DNA of 64,000 bases from Candidatus Poribacteria bacterium (GTDB lineage: Bacteria; Poribacteria; WGA-4E; WGA-3G). Below the pieces are notes generated by a model, which saw nothing but the letters and a program-made list of their open reading frames with translations, made no database searches and was not told the origin of the DNA. The position numbers and the translations under genes are program-made. Shown here piece by piece: positions 29,294 to 39,776 of this stretch (positions are counted from its first letter, which is position 1; every line of letters starts with the position of its first letter). The stretch covers positions 4,000,001-4,064,000 of the forward strand of contig OZ243938.1 of assembly GCA_965214095.1 (NCBI GenBank), written 5' to 3'.

Positions 29294-30730
29294 TTAATAC
29301 GCACGTGCAAAAATCGTGATCTCCTCTGATTCCACACCACACACAATACACGTCCCATTCCCATCAGGCTGATCCATCGGAATACATCGGATAGTTGCTT
29401 GCGTTTCCTCTTTCACCTTATCCTCACATTTCTCGTTTCCACACCACCATGTCCTTGCAAATCCATTTTCAACAATCTCTTTAAATCCCTCGTAGTCATT
29501 AGGCTCAAAGGTATTTGCATCTCGGAATTCAGTAGCACGTTTGAGCATATCCGACTGAATTGTGTCAAGTATCTGTGTTGCAGTTTCTGCAACATTTGCA
29601 ATCGGGATGAATGTTTTACCTTCTTTACCGGGGATATCTCGTCTGGCAAAAACAACCTGTTCATTTTCAATGTCCCGGGGACCGATTTCTATCCGTAAAG
29701 GCACACCTTTGAGTTCCCATTCGTTGAATCGCCAACCGGGAGAATATTCATATCTGTCATCAACATGATAGCGGATATTTCCTAACGTCTCACAGATAGC
29801 GTCAACGGTTTGTGTAACGACCTGTTTCGCTTCATCGTTATTTTTCGGAATAATCGGCACAATAACAAGTTGTGTAGGTGCAAGACGTGGTGGAAGCACT
29901 AATCCTTGATCATCTCCGTGTGTCATAATAATCGCGCCAATCATGCGAGTGCTAACACCCCAACTAGTTGTCCAGCAGTGCTGTTGCTTCTGGTTTGAAT
30001 CCAGAAATTGTATTTCAAAGACTTTAGCAAAGTTCTGTCCAAGGTCGTGTGATGTGCCTGCTTGGAGTGCACGTTTGTCACCCATCATCGCCTCAATCGT
30101 ATAGGAAGTTAAAGCACCGGGAAACTTTTCGCTATCGCTCTTACGACCGGGGATAACAGGTATAGCAGCTTCGTTGACTGCAAAATCGGTATAAATATCA
30201 AGGATTCGGAGTGTTTCCTCTTCTGCTTCTTCATGTGTTGCGTGTGCAGTATGTCCCTCTTGCCAGAAAAACTCCATTGTTCTGAGGAAAAGACGCGGAC
30301 GCAACTCCCATCGCACAACATTTGCCCACTGATTGATTAGTACAGGAAGGTCACGGTATGATTGTATCCACTGACTATACATATAACCGATGATGGTTTC
30401 CGATGTCGGACGCACAACGAGAGGTTCTTCCAATTCTTTGCCACCGCCGTGTGTAACAACAGCGAGTTCAGGTTTGAAACCTTCAACGTGTTCTGCTTCT
30501 TTTTCAATGAAACTCATTGGAATGAACAGCGGAAAGGCAGCGTTTTGATGTCCTGTCGCTTTGAAACGAGTATCCAGTTGTTCCTTGACGTTCTCCCATA
30601 ACGCATAGCCATAAGGACGCACTACCATACATCCGCGCACAGGTGCGTAATCTGCCATCTCTGCTTGTCGGATGACCTGTGTATACCATTTTGAGTAGTC
30701 TTCACTACGAGGTGTAATTTTATCAAACAT
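29294..30730 (-). CDS. proS: Proline-tRNA ligase (archaeal/eukaryotic type)
   Basis: VRPTSET, FFWQEGHT, QAGTSHDLGQNF, C-terminal Zn domain ending FARAY. Confidence 0.97.
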   Translation of the reverse strand: MFDKITPRSEDYSKWYTQVIRQAEMADYAPVRGCMVVRPYGYALWENVKEQLDTRFKATGHQNAAFPLFIPMSFIEKEAEHVEGFKPELAVVTHGGGKELEEPLVVRPTSETIIGYMYSQWIQSYRDLPVLINQWANVVRWELRPRLFLRTMEFFWQEGHTAHATHEEAEEETLRILDIYTDFAVNEAAIPVIPGRKSDSEKFPGALTSYTIEAMMGDKRALQAGTSHDLGQNFAKVFEIQFLDSNQKQQHCWTTSWGVSTRMIGAIIMTHGDDQGLVLPPRLAPTQLVIVPIIPKNNDEAKQVVTQTVDAICETLGNIRYHVDDRYEYSPGWRFNEWELKGVPLRIEIGPRDIENEQVVFARRDIPGKEGKTFIPIANVAETATQILDTIQSDMLKRATEFRDANTFEPNDYEGFKEIVENGFARTWWCGNEKCEDKVKEETQATIRCIPMDQPDGNGTCIVCGVESEEITIFARAY

Positions 30731-30765
30731 ATTATTGTTATCAGCTCTCAGTTGTTAGTAGTCAG

Positions 30766-31956
30766 TTATTTGTCAGTTAATGCCGCAATTCCCGGTAGTG
30801 ATTTTCCCTCTAAAAACTCTAATGACGCGCCTCCACCCGTGGAAACATGCGTAATCTGATCAGCAACACCCGCTTGTTGTATGGCTGCAACGCAGTCACC
30901 GCCACCAATTATACTTACTGCATCAGATTCTGCGATCCAATTAGCCACAGAGATTGTGCCTTTAGCAAACTTTTCAAACTCATAGACACCTAAAGGACCG
31001 TTCCATACCACTGTTTTTGCTGATGCAATTCGTTCGCTAAATACAGCAACAGTCTTTGGACCGATGTCTAATCCTTGCCAATCTTCAGGGATAGACTCAC
31101 CATCTACAATAGCAGAGTCGGTGTCAGGATCAAACGCTTTACCAGCAACATGATCTACCGGCAGGAGAACGGTATCTGAAAATCCTTTTTTCTTAATCAG
31201 TGAACTTGCTAAATCAAGTTTTTCTGTTTCAACAAGTGAGTTTCCAATAGAAACACCCATAGCCGCAAGAAATGTGTAAGCCATACCACCACCAATTAGT
31301 AGATTGTCAACCTTCCCTAATAGATTCTCAATCAGCCTGATTTTGTCCGAAATTTTTGCTCCACCAAGGATTGCTATGTATGGACGTTTAGGTTTTTCAA
31401 GAGTTATGCTGAGGTAATGTATTTCGCGTGCCATAAGCAAACCAGTGGCACACTGTTCAAGGTGATGCGTTACCCCTTCTGTTGAAGCATGGGCGCGATG
31501 GGCAGTACCAAATGCATCATTGACGTATATATCTACCAATGAAGCGAGTTTCTCAGCAAACTCGGGTTCGTTGGCTGTTTCCTGTGCATAAAATCGGACG
31601 TTCTCAAGAAGTAGGATCTCGCCATCATCTAAGGACTCAACGGCGTTCTGAACTTTTTCACCAATGCAATCATCAACATGTGCAACACGTTTACCAAGTT
31701 TGCGACTGAGTGCATCAGTGATCGGAGCAGTTGAAAGTTCTTTACGATCTGAGGGAGATCCGATTGTGGGTCTACCTAAATGTGTAACAAGGATGATTTT
31801 TGCCCCGCGATTAATAAGGTCTAACAATGTCGGTAAGGCTGCAGTGATACGGGTTTCATCCGTAATCCTCCCATCTTGCAGCGGGACGTTAAAGTCCACA
31901 CGAACAAGGACACGTTTACCTGCTACCTCTAAATCTGCTAATTCAAGTTTTGCCAT
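30766..31956 (-). CDS. pgk: Phosphoglycerate kinase
   Basis: RVDFNVP, NDAFGTAHRAHAS, STGGGASLEFLEG. Confidence 0.98.
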   Translation of the reverse strand: MAKLELADLEVAGKRVLVRVDFNVPLQDGRITDETRITAALPTLLDLINRGAKIILVTHLGRPTIGSPSDRKELSTAPITDALSRKLGKRVAHVDDCIGEKVQNAVESLDDGEILLLENVRFYAQETANEPEFAEKLASLVDIYVNDAFGTAHRAHASTEGVTHHLEQCATGLLMAREIHYLSITLEKPKRPYIAILGGAKISDKIRLIENLLGKVDNLLIGGGMAYTFLAAMGVSIGNSLVETEKLDLASSLIKKKGFSDTVLLPVDHVAGKAFDPDTDSAIVDGESIPEDWQGLDIGPKTVAVFSERIASAKTVVWNGPLGVYEFEKFAKGTISVANWIAESDAVSIIGGGDCVAAIQQAGVADQITHVSTGGGASLEFLEGKSLPGIAALTDK

Positions 31957-32039
31957 TTTCTCGTTACTGTCTATTTGATCATTTAGGTTTGGAATACTTT
32001 GTTATTTTGAACAATAGAATACAAATCTGCAAATAGCAA

Positions 32040-32327
32040 TTACGCTCCATTCTGTGTATTTTGTATTGTGCGAATAAAATCTTCTAAATGTTCCGCTTGT
32101 ATTGCTTCCTGGAACAGTTGTTTTACCTGTTGTAAATCGTCAATGGTTTCAAGCAATGGTGACAAGACAGGTGTAGTGTTCATTTCAAAACGTTTGTCAA
32201 GTAGAACAACAATAGATTCAATTATTCCTTCTTTTGCTCCTTGTTCTATTCCTTGTTCTATTCCTTGTTCCATGCCGCGTTCCATGCCGCGTTCAATAAT
32301 CATTTCGTAGACTGATGAATTGTTCAC
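32040..32327 (-). CDS. Putative internal small Rpn protein (RpnS-like, 95 aa), in frame
   Basis: GGAGG (32337-32333) 5 nt before an in-frame GTG at 32327. Confidence 0.6.
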   Translation of the reverse strand: MNNSSVYEMIIERGMERGMEQGIEQGIEQGAKEGIIESIVVLLDKRFEMNTTPVLSPLLETIDDLQQVKQLFQEAIQAEHLEDFIRTIQNTQNGA

Positions 32328-33014
32328 AATATCCTCCGATAGAGTTTCTATTAAGTCTTGACGTTCATGTCGTAAACCACTCATTACCCATAACTCAACC
32401 AACAAATTATTCTTTGTTGTCAAGTCAATGGAAAGTTCCTTCGTTAACTCAACACAGTGGGTTGTCCACTCAAGACTTGACATGCCAGCTTTAGGTTTCA
32501 TTAACGGAGTAAACGGCATCAAACCAGGTTGTTTTCCCTGCAGAATTGCTTCACCATCAATCTCATTCAGACGAATCACCTGGTATTCAACAATGAATCG
32601 GTGACCAGGTATATCTTGGATATAGCCACCAGGATCTCTTTTACCAGCAGTTGATCGGAGATAAATCACAAAAGAGTAGACTGGTAATCCATATTTTTCA
32701 AAACATCTACCGATATATCCAACATTCCGCTGTACCATGTTTGGATTCATGCTATCATCTGTCTGAATTTCACAATGAATTAATGTAGGATGTCCATCAA
32801 GCAGTACCTTTGTCAATATGTCCATGTTTCGCACATCAACATTGGTTAAATTGGTGTCAACATGTTCAATAAACTCAAAATTGTTCTCATTCAATAGAAA
32901 CTGGAGCATATCCTCTGGAAAGTTATAAAATGGGTCCTTCGCTACGATGTCAAACTTTTGATGTGGTAAATTAATCTCGTCAGTCCGGGTTTTCGTTTTA
33001 TCTTGTCTGTTCAA
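32040..33014 (-). CDS. Rpn/YhgA-like PD-(D/E)XK nuclease family protein
   Basis: MDIL...LIHCEIQT nuclease core; low-complexity (E/Q)G repeats ERGMERGMEQGIEQGIEQG near the C-terminus. Confidence 0.8.
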   Translation of the reverse strand: MNRQDKTKTRTDEINLPHQKFDIVAKDPFYNFPEDMLQFLLNENNFEFIEHVDTNLTNVDVRNMDILTKVLLDGHPTLIHCEIQTDDSMNPNMVQRNVGYIGRCFEKYGLPVYSFVIYLRSTAGKRDPGGYIQDIPGHRFIVEYQVIRLNEIDGEAILQGKQPGLMPFTPLMKPKAGMSSLEWTTHCVELTKELSIDLTTKNNLLVELWVMSGLRHERQDLIETLSEDIVNNSSVYEMIIERGMERGMEQGIEQGIEQGAKEGIIESIVVLLDKRFEMNTTPVLSPLLETIDDLQQVKQLFQEAIQAEHLEDFIRTIQNTQNGA

Positions 33015-33023
33015 AAAGTGCCT

Positions 33024-34208
33024 TTATGCAATGTTCACTGCATTCACAGCAAGTTCTGCTGCTTCAGATAGTCCTTCGGCCAATTGTAAGTTCAGGTCCG
33101 ATTCAGTGATAATCTGTTTTCCCAATTCAACATTCGTACCTTCTAACCGAACGACAAGAGGAACATTGAGTTTGACTTGTTTCGCTGCTTCAACAATACC
33201 CGTAGCTATAGTATCACATTTCATAATGCCCCCGAAAATATTCACCAGCACAGCCTTTACATTTTCGTCAGCAAGGATGAGACGGAAAGCGTGTGCGACA
33301 GCCTCTACGGATGCACCACCACCAACATCAAGAAAGTTCGCAGGTTCACCACCTTTTTGCTTGATGATATCCATCGTAGCCATCGCCAACCCTGCACCGT
33401 TCACCATACAACCGATGTTGCCATCAAGACGAATATAACTTAAGCCAGATTCACTTGCTTCTAATTCGCTTGGATCTTCTTCATGTGGATCCCGCATTTC
33501 AGCGATATCAGAGTGTCTCCAGAGTGAGTTATCATCAAGGTTGACCTTTGAATCAAGCGCAACGATTTCTAATTCGTCTCCTTCACCAACGATTGCTAAC
33601 GGATTAATCTCTATCAACGAACAATCGCATTCAACAAACGCATTATAAAGACAAGTAATTAACTTGGTCGCATTTGGGATAAGTTGACGATAATTTGTGT
33701 CTGTGATCAGTTTGTAAGCAAAATCTCGTGCTTGGAATTCAGTTAAACCAAAGGCTGGATCAATCTGTGTCCGAATAATCTTATTGGGTGACTTTTCTGC
33801 GACTTCCTCAATATCCATGCCACCTTCTTCACTTCCAATAAGTGTGAGTTGTGATGTCTCTCTGTCAAGTAGAATAGCGAGATAGAATTCTTTCTGTATT
33901 TCAGCGGCTTGGACTATCAGAACTTTTCTAACGAGTTTTCCTTCAGGACCTGTCTGTGGTGTTACAAGCTGCATACCGAGTATATCTTCAGCAAGTTGAT
34001 TAACTTCAGCCAGAGAATTCGCGAGTTTTACGCCACCACCTTTGCCACGTCCACCTGCATGGATTTGTGCCTTGACCACATATTTTGAACTATCAATTGA
34101 TTGTGCAACAGTTTCTGCTTCTTCAGGTGATTCTGCAACTCTACCCGGCAGTGTGTTGACACCGAAGGACTCTAACAGAACTTTGGCTTGGTATTCGTGT
34201 ATATTCAT
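33024..34208 (-). CDS. sucC: Succinyl-CoA synthetase beta subunit
   Basis: [41 protein letters not shown]. Confidence 0.97.
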   Translation of the reverse strand: MNIHEYQAKVLLESFGVNTLPGRVAESPEEAETVAQSIDSSKYVVKAQIHAGGRGKGGGVKLANSLAEVNQLAEDILGMQLVTPQTGPEGKLVRKVLIVQAAEIQKEFYLAILLDRETSQLTLIGSEEGGMDIEEVAEKSPNKIIRTQIDPAFGLTEFQARDFAYKLITDTNYRQLIPNATKLITCLYNAFVECDCSLIEINPLAIVGEGDELEIVALDSKVNLDDNSLWRHSDIAEMRDPHEEDPSELEASESGLSYIRLDGNIGCMVNGAGLAMATMDIIKQKGGEPANFLDVGGGASVEAVAHAFRLILADENVKAVLVNIFGGIMKCDTIATGIVEAAKQVKLNVPLVVRLEGTNVELGKQIITESDLNLQLAEGLSEAAELAVNAVNIA

Positions 34209-34441
34209 ATTGTTTTTGTGCTATGAAAATCCTTTAGTAATGCCATTCAAATATGATTAATAGTTAGTTTTTTCAAATGAATTATATTTAAAGATTATAC
34301 ATTAGTTGCCCAATAATTGCAAGTTTTTCAATTTGTGTTTATATCACAAAATATTTGAATTTCACTACATAATGTAGTATACTTTGTAACCGATACATGC
34401 AATTTTTATGACAACTATCAAGTAGTAGCACAAGGAGTCCC

Positions 34442-35506
34442 ATGTCAACACTTGGGAGCGAACCAGCACCAACCAAAGAACGCGTCACTGCATATCTAAA
34501 GGAAGTCAAAACCAGAGTAGATGCATGTATCTTTGATTTTCTTCCTACATCCCATGAACACCAAGACGTGCATGAACTCTATCAAATGATGTTAGATTAT
34601 CCCCAACGTGCGGGAAAAGGGTTGAGACCTGCACTCTGTCTGCTCATCTGTGAAGCATTCGGCGGGGATGCTGAACGCGCTGTCAATACTGCTGCCGCAC
34701 TTGAACTGCTACAGAATTGGCTGCTCATCCATGATGATATTGAAGACGGTTCAGAACTCCGTCGCGGTGATCCTTGCCTCCATCAAAAACACGGTATCCC
34801 AATGGCTATTAATGTTGGAGACGCATTGCACTGCAAAATGTGGGAGATGTTACACAGAAACAATAATATACTTGGACATCAACTCGCTTTCAAGATACTT
34901 TCTGAATTTATACAATTAAGCAATCAGGTCGTTGAAGGACAACACATTGAACTGAGTTGGGTACGCCACAATAGGTGGAATATAAACGAGAAGGATTACT
35001 GGACTATGTGTATCCAGAAAACTGCATGGTATACATGCATTACACCGTGCCGTGTCGGAGCTATCATAGGTGGGGCAAATGCTGAAGAAACTGATGTTTT
35101 TATTGAACTTGGGAAAACTTTAGGTGTCGCATTCCAAATTCAGGATGATGTTTTGAACTTAATCGGTGATGTCGGAAGATACGGAAAAGAAATTGCAGGA
35201 GATATCAGTGAAGGTAAACGAACTCTCGTTCTTATCCATCTGTTCAATTCTTGTACACCGAAAGAAGCCCAATCCGTTATTGACATCATGGCACGACCAC
35301 GAGCTGAAAAAACTGATGCTGAAGTCCAAAGTGTCCTACAACTGATGCATAAGTATAACTCTATTCAATATGCACAGAAGTGCTCTATAAAACTACTGCA
35401 GGAAGCAGCAGAACTATTTACTCGGAATTTTGCCCATCTACCAAATAATAGGGCAAAACAACTGTTTTTATCTTTAATTCATTTCTTTGTTGAACGCGAA
35501 TATTAA
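34442..35506 (+). CDS. Polyprenyl diphosphate synthase (GGPP synthase-like)
   Basis: GKGLRP, LIHDDIED..RRG, FQIQDD motifs. Confidence 0.93.
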   Translation: MSTLGSEPAPTKERVTAYLKEVKTRVDACIFDFLPTSHEHQDVHELYQMMLDYPQRAGKGLRPALCLLICEAFGGDAERAVNTAAALELLQNWLLIHDDIEDGSELRRGDPCLHQKHGIPMAINVGDALHCKMWEMLHRNNNILGHQLAFKILSEFIQLSNQVVEGQHIELSWVRHNRWNINEKDYWTMCIQKTAWYTCITPCRVGAIIGGANAEETDVFIELGKTLGVAFQIQDDVLNLIGDVGRYGKEIAGDISEGKRTLVLIHLFNSCTPKEAQSVIDIMARPRAEKTDAEVQSVLQLMHKYNSIQYAQKCSIKLLQEAAELFTRNFAHLPNNRAKQLFLSLIHFFVEREY

Positions 35507-35524
35507 GAAGGAGAATACAATCCA

Positions 35525-36595
35525 ATGGCTATTACGGCTATTTCATCTGGGAAATTGAGAGGACTTATGAAACTTGCAGATGCAAGTGGCAGATTCAAAA
35601 TGATGGCGATTGACCAACGCGGTTCTATGGTGACCGCACTCGCAGATGTCCTTGGCATTGAAAAAACAGATGTGAAATACGATGATGTCGCATCCCTAAA
35701 AACATTGATTACAAGAATACTTGCACCAAATGCCACGGCAATTTTGACAGACCCGATTTATGGACACCCGTATTCAATTACTGAAATACCGCGCGATGTC
35801 GCACTACTTCTGGCTTATGAAGAATCTGGATATGTAAGCGAAGGTGTCAGTGAAAATGAACGTCTTTCCAATCCTATTGAAAACTGGACAATTGCAAAGG
35901 CACAACGGGCGGGAGCAGATGCTATCAAACTGCTCGCTTATTACCATCCAGATGCTTCTGAAGTAACTTTGAAACATCAACAAGCTTTTGTTCGTCACGT
36001 AGGTGAAGAATGTGAAAAACAAGACTTACCATTTCTGCTTGAACTTGTAAGTTATGCGTTTGAGGGCACGACGAAAACCGTTGAGTTTGCAAAACAGAAA
36101 CCGGATCTGGTCATCCGTAGCGTAGAAGAATTCACAGATCCATCCTACAAAGTGGATATTTTAAAATTAGAATTTCCCGCTGATCTAAAATATACTGAGG
36201 AATTCAAGGACAGCACATTTTATGCAGGAGCTTCTGCTTATGACTTAAGTGAAGTTAATGATATCTGTCAGAAATTGGATGAAACTTCAACCTTACCTTG
36301 GGTTATTTTGAGTGCAGGAGTAGATATTGAGGAGTTTATTGAAAACGTCAAACTTGCAACGGCAGCAGGCGCGAGTGGATTCCTATGTGGTCGCGCAATA
36401 TGGAAAAGAGTTTTTGAATACTATCCAGATATCAGTGCTGTGACACAGTTCCTTGAGAATGAGGCGACTACGAATTTCCATAATTCAAATGCAGCCGCAG
36501 AAAACGCCTTGCCTTGGTTTGAGCATCGTCAATTTGGAGGGGTAGAAAACATTCAACTTGCAAAGCAATCGGAAAACTGGGTCCAACAGTATTAA
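35525..36595 (+). CDS. Class I aldolase, tagatose-1,6-diphosphate aldolase (LacD) family
   Basis: MMAIDQRGS, DILKLEFP, PWVILSAGV, GFLCGRAIW. Confidence 0.88.
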   Translation: MAITAISSGKLRGLMKLADASGRFKMMAIDQRGSMVTALADVLGIEKTDVKYDDVASLKTLITRILAPNATAILTDPIYGHPYSITEIPRDVALLLAYEESGYVSEGVSENERLSNPIENWTIAKAQRAGADAIKLLAYYHPDASEVTLKHQQAFVRHVGEECEKQDLPFLLELVSYAFEGTTKTVEFAKQKPDLVIRSVEEFTDPSYKVDILKLEFPADLKYTEEFKDSTFYAGASAYDLSEVNDICQKLDETSTLPWVILSAGVDIEEFIENVKLATAAGASGFLCGRAIWKRVFEYYPDISAVTQFLENEATTNFHNSNAAAENALPWFEHRQFGGVENIQLAKQSENWVQQY

Positions 36596-36631
36596 AGCAT
36601 AGGACTTATGTACTGCGCGCTGGATATTGTC

Positions 36632-37132
36632 CTACGCAAGCAAGTTGTCAAGTTTATTTTGGATTTTACGGGCGATTTCAAGTGTAGTCTCCGCAGGTAT
36701 TTGTCCGCCGATTTCAGCGACTAATACGACAACAGTGTCGCGAACGAAAAGCCAATTCGCTCCAGCTTGCCAAACTGAATCTCCTATTTCAACTTTGTCA
36801 TTGTCAACCGGTTGATAGACAGATTCGCGTCCACCAAATTTTGACAATGATTGCGCAGACAACCGAACTCGGCCCGTATCTGCAGCACTGTTGGCTTCAT
36901 CTGCAGTTTCATAAAACCAATAATTGAGTGCGATTTGTTCAGCAGGGGCATCGTTTAACCACCACCGATCACGCCACCCAAATTGTGCAATTGGCTTTGC
37001 AGGTGCAGTGACCGAATATAACTCTTGTTGAGAACTTAGACGTGCCGAATACTCTGACAAATCCGATTCTGTTAACTGAATTGATTCCAGTGTAATGTTC
37101 ATAATAAACATGATAACATGTTCGCAGCGCAA
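36632..37132 (-). CDS. Hypothetical protein
   Basis: 166-aa ORF with protein-like composition; true start uncertain. Confidence 0.6.
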   Translation of the reverse strand: MRCEHVIMFIMNITLESIQLTESDLSEYSARLSSQQELYSVTAPAKPIAQFGWRDRWWLNDAPAEQIALNYWFYETADEANSAADTGRVRLSAQSLSKFGGRESVYQPVDNDKVEIGDSVWQAGANWLFVRDTVVVLVAEIGGQIPAETTLEIARKIQNKLDNLLA

Positions 37133-37260
37133 ATTCTAATTAAAAACGAATATTTTATAAACATTTTCCTTAAAGAAAGCAACTAATAGATTATGCTTGC
37201 TATTTCTGTGAATATTAATGCATTTTGAAATCGGAGTTGTTTAAAAACTATCATTGCATA

Positions 37261-37381
37261 TTATAGTGGAATTTACAATTAATAGGACACGCCTCAGAAG
37301 GCGAGGAAACCTTGCTCCTACGGGACTTGTGGTACTTGCAAGTGCATTGAAATGTCTTCTTAATTCTAAACTTTACTATAG
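37261..37381 (-). mobile_element. Family A-type TIR element with divergent GTAG hairpin, directly upstream of lptF
   Basis: TTATAGT...ACTATAG ends; minus-strand GTAGGAGCAAGGTTTCCTCGCCTTC at 37297-37321. Confidence 0.65.
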
Positions 37382-37393
37382 TTTCAAGAAATT

Positions 37394-38602
37394 ATGAAAA
37401 TACTTTCTCGTTATTGTCTAAAAGAGTTCATTCCTCCTTTCCTAATAGCACTCTTATGTTTTACTTGTATTATATTGTTTGATGAACTTTTTAGACTTAT
37501 TAAACTCTTCGTAAAAAAGGGTGTTAGTCCTTTTTATTTGATAGAATCACTGTTGTATGTAATGCCTGCAACAGTAGTCTTGTCCATTCCAATGGCTGCG
37601 TTAGTGGCAATCCTTTTAGCGTTAGGAAGACTCTCCACAGATTCGGAAATTATGGCTATGCGTGCACACGGGATTGCATTCCATCAACTTATGATACCAC
37701 TTCTGAGTGCTACTGTTCTATTAAGTGTAATAGACTTGGCAATGATGGAATATGTTTTACCGAAGGCTACTCTCGCATCGGTCTCCCTAAAACGTGACAT
37801 TCAAAAACACAATCCTGCCCTCATACTGGAGGAGGGGACGGTCATGAAAGAACTTCAGAGTGAAGGTAAACTTTGGATGTACGAATCGACTGATCCAGAA
37901 ACAGAAAGACTACAAAATGTAAGAATCTGGGATGAAATTTATCCAGGACAGCCACGTCTAACGTTGGCAAAATCTGCTACACTCGGATATGAAAATGGTA
38001 ACGCTAAATTGACGCTTTACGATGGCGAAACCTTTGAACCACAAACTGATGGATCAGAAGGTTTTAGAGTAACCCAATTTCAGCAACAAAGCATTACCCT
38101 TGATTTTACTCAGAATTTGCAACGCGGTGAATATAAATCGCAACATCCACAGACGATGCGTGTGGGAGAACTAAAGACACATATCAATAAATTAGAGAAT
38201 TCTATAAACCTAAAACCTGATAAAGTTTCTGAATATACCATCAATAAACTCCAGTATGCTAGAGTAGAATTCCACAAGAAGTTTGCTCTCCCATTTGCAT
38301 GTTTAGCGTTTGGTATTGTCGGTATCCCCCTTGGATTTATGGTGAAAAAGAACGGTAGAATGATAGGTTTTGGAATTGGGTTAGCAGTGATACTACTGTA
38401 TTACCTCTTGCTTCAGATAGGTCAAAATTCTGGAATCAATGGAAGACTACATCCAGCCTTAGCGATGTGGTTTCCAAATCTCGTCATCGGTGTAATTGGT
38501 ATTGCACTGCTTACAAGGATGTTCGGTGAAGGTAAGTTTAAATCAATACAGCATAGAGAACGCAAAGTGTCTATAGTTGTCAATAGGAACGCGGAATCTT
38601 AA
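37394..38602 (+). CDS. lptF: LPS export ABC permease LptF
   Basis: YjgP/Q family: GRLSTDSEIMAMRAHG, FHKKFALPFACL. Confidence 0.85.
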   Translation: MKILSRYCLKEFIPPFLIALLCFTCIILFDELFRLIKLFVKKGVSPFYLIESLLYVMPATVVLSIPMAALVAILLALGRLSTDSEIMAMRAHGIAFHQLMIPLLSATVLLSVIDLAMMEYVLPKATLASVSLKRDIQKHNPALILEEGTVMKELQSEGKLWMYESTDPETERLQNVRIWDEIYPGQPRLTLAKSATLGYENGNAKLTLYDGETFEPQTDGSEGFRVTQFQQQSITLDFTQNLQRGEYKSQHPQTMRVGELKTHINKLENSINLKPDKVSEYTINKLQYARVEFHKKFALPFACLAFGIVGIPLGFMVKKNGRMIGFGIGLAVILLYYLLLQIGQNSGINGRLHPALAMWFPNLVIGVIGIALLTRMFGEGKFKSIQHRERKVSIVVNRNAES

Positions 38603-38626
38603 TGTGTTTCATACAGGTAAGAAAAC

Positions 38627-39688
38627 TTGAACATATTGGACAGGTATCTACTAAAAGATTACCTTAAAGCCTTTTTTATCGGCTTCTTATTTTTTAGTGC
38701 ACTCGTTGTAGTCGTCAGATTATTAGATAAAGATATTAAACACTTTGATGAAGGTATCTCTTATCTCACAGCGGTAAAAATCATTCTATACCAAGCACCG
38801 CGTCGGATTATGGAGATTGTGCCGGTTTCTGGTTTTGTCGCCATTTTCTTTGTCCTTGGTCGTATGGTTCGCAATAACGAATTTGTCGCTATGAAAGCCG
38901 GTGGAATAAGTGTCTATAGAATCCTTACACCCATAATTATTGTTACACTGATTCTATGTATAGTCTTCGCAATATTCTATGACCGAGTTGCCTCACCTAT
39001 ATACCATGAAGCAAATCTATTGCAGAAAAAAAGCCGACCGAAACATGGAAGGAATCTTGTTTTCAAAGGGAAAGACAATCGTATTTTTTATTCACATCAA
39101 ATCAGTCTGGATGATAAAGCAATAAGCAAATTGACAATTTGGGAATCAGATAACACAGGGGAACTTGAACGTATTATCTATGCAAAAAAGGCGACTTGGA
39201 CTGAGGCACATTGGCAGTTGAGCAATGGAGATATACGTCTATTTGAAAATGGTGTTGAAGTTGGATATGAGACTTTTGATCAGAAATCTATAGAACGATA
39301 CGAAGACCCCGCACGTTTCATTGGTAGTGATAAAGACCCACGCGCTATGACCATAAAAGAGCTAAAGGAACAGATCGCATATAAAAAGGAAGCAGGTCAA
39401 ATCTCGCGGATTGAACATGTTAAGTTACATCACAAAATTGCATATCCGTTTGCTGCTGTTGTAGTAGTAATGTTAGGCGCACCGATTGCAGTCCGATTTG
39501 GCAAAGCAGGATTTTTCGCTGGATTGGTTATCGCATTCTTTCTTGTGTTTATCTATTGGGCAATCTCCTTTGCAACTTTGGAAGGTTTGAGTGAGAACGG
39601 GAAGTTACACCCGTTTTTAGCATGTTGGGGGGCAAACATAATCTATGGGATTGTCGGTACCCTCCTAATCTGGCGTACACCAAGATAA
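38627..39688 (+). CDS. lptG: LPS export ABC permease LptG
   Basis: ILDRYL, NNEFVAMKAGGIS, HHKIAYPF; follows lptF; TTG start. Confidence 0.85.
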   Translation: MNILDRYLLKDYLKAFFIGFLFFSALVVVVRLLDKDIKHFDEGISYLTAVKIILYQAPRRIMEIVPVSGFVAIFFVLGRMVRNNEFVAMKAGGISVYRILTPIIIVTLILCIVFAIFYDRVASPIYHEANLLQKKSRPKHGRNLVFKGKDNRIFYSHQISLDDKAISKLTIWESDNTGELERIIYAKKATWTEAHWQLSNGDIRLFENGVEVGYETFDQKSIERYEDPARFIGSDKDPRAMTIKELKEQIAYKKEAGQISRIEHVKLHHKIAYPFAAVVVVMLGAPIAVRFGKAGFFAGLVIAFFLVFIYWAISFATLEGLSENGKLHPFLACWGANIIYGIVGTLLIWRTPR

Positions 39689-39776
39689 TTGTTGATGAGA
39701 ATTCGATCTGTATGGCAATTCTTAAACAACTTTCCTACCAAATCAATACTTGTATCAATTTCAATATAATCCGCAA

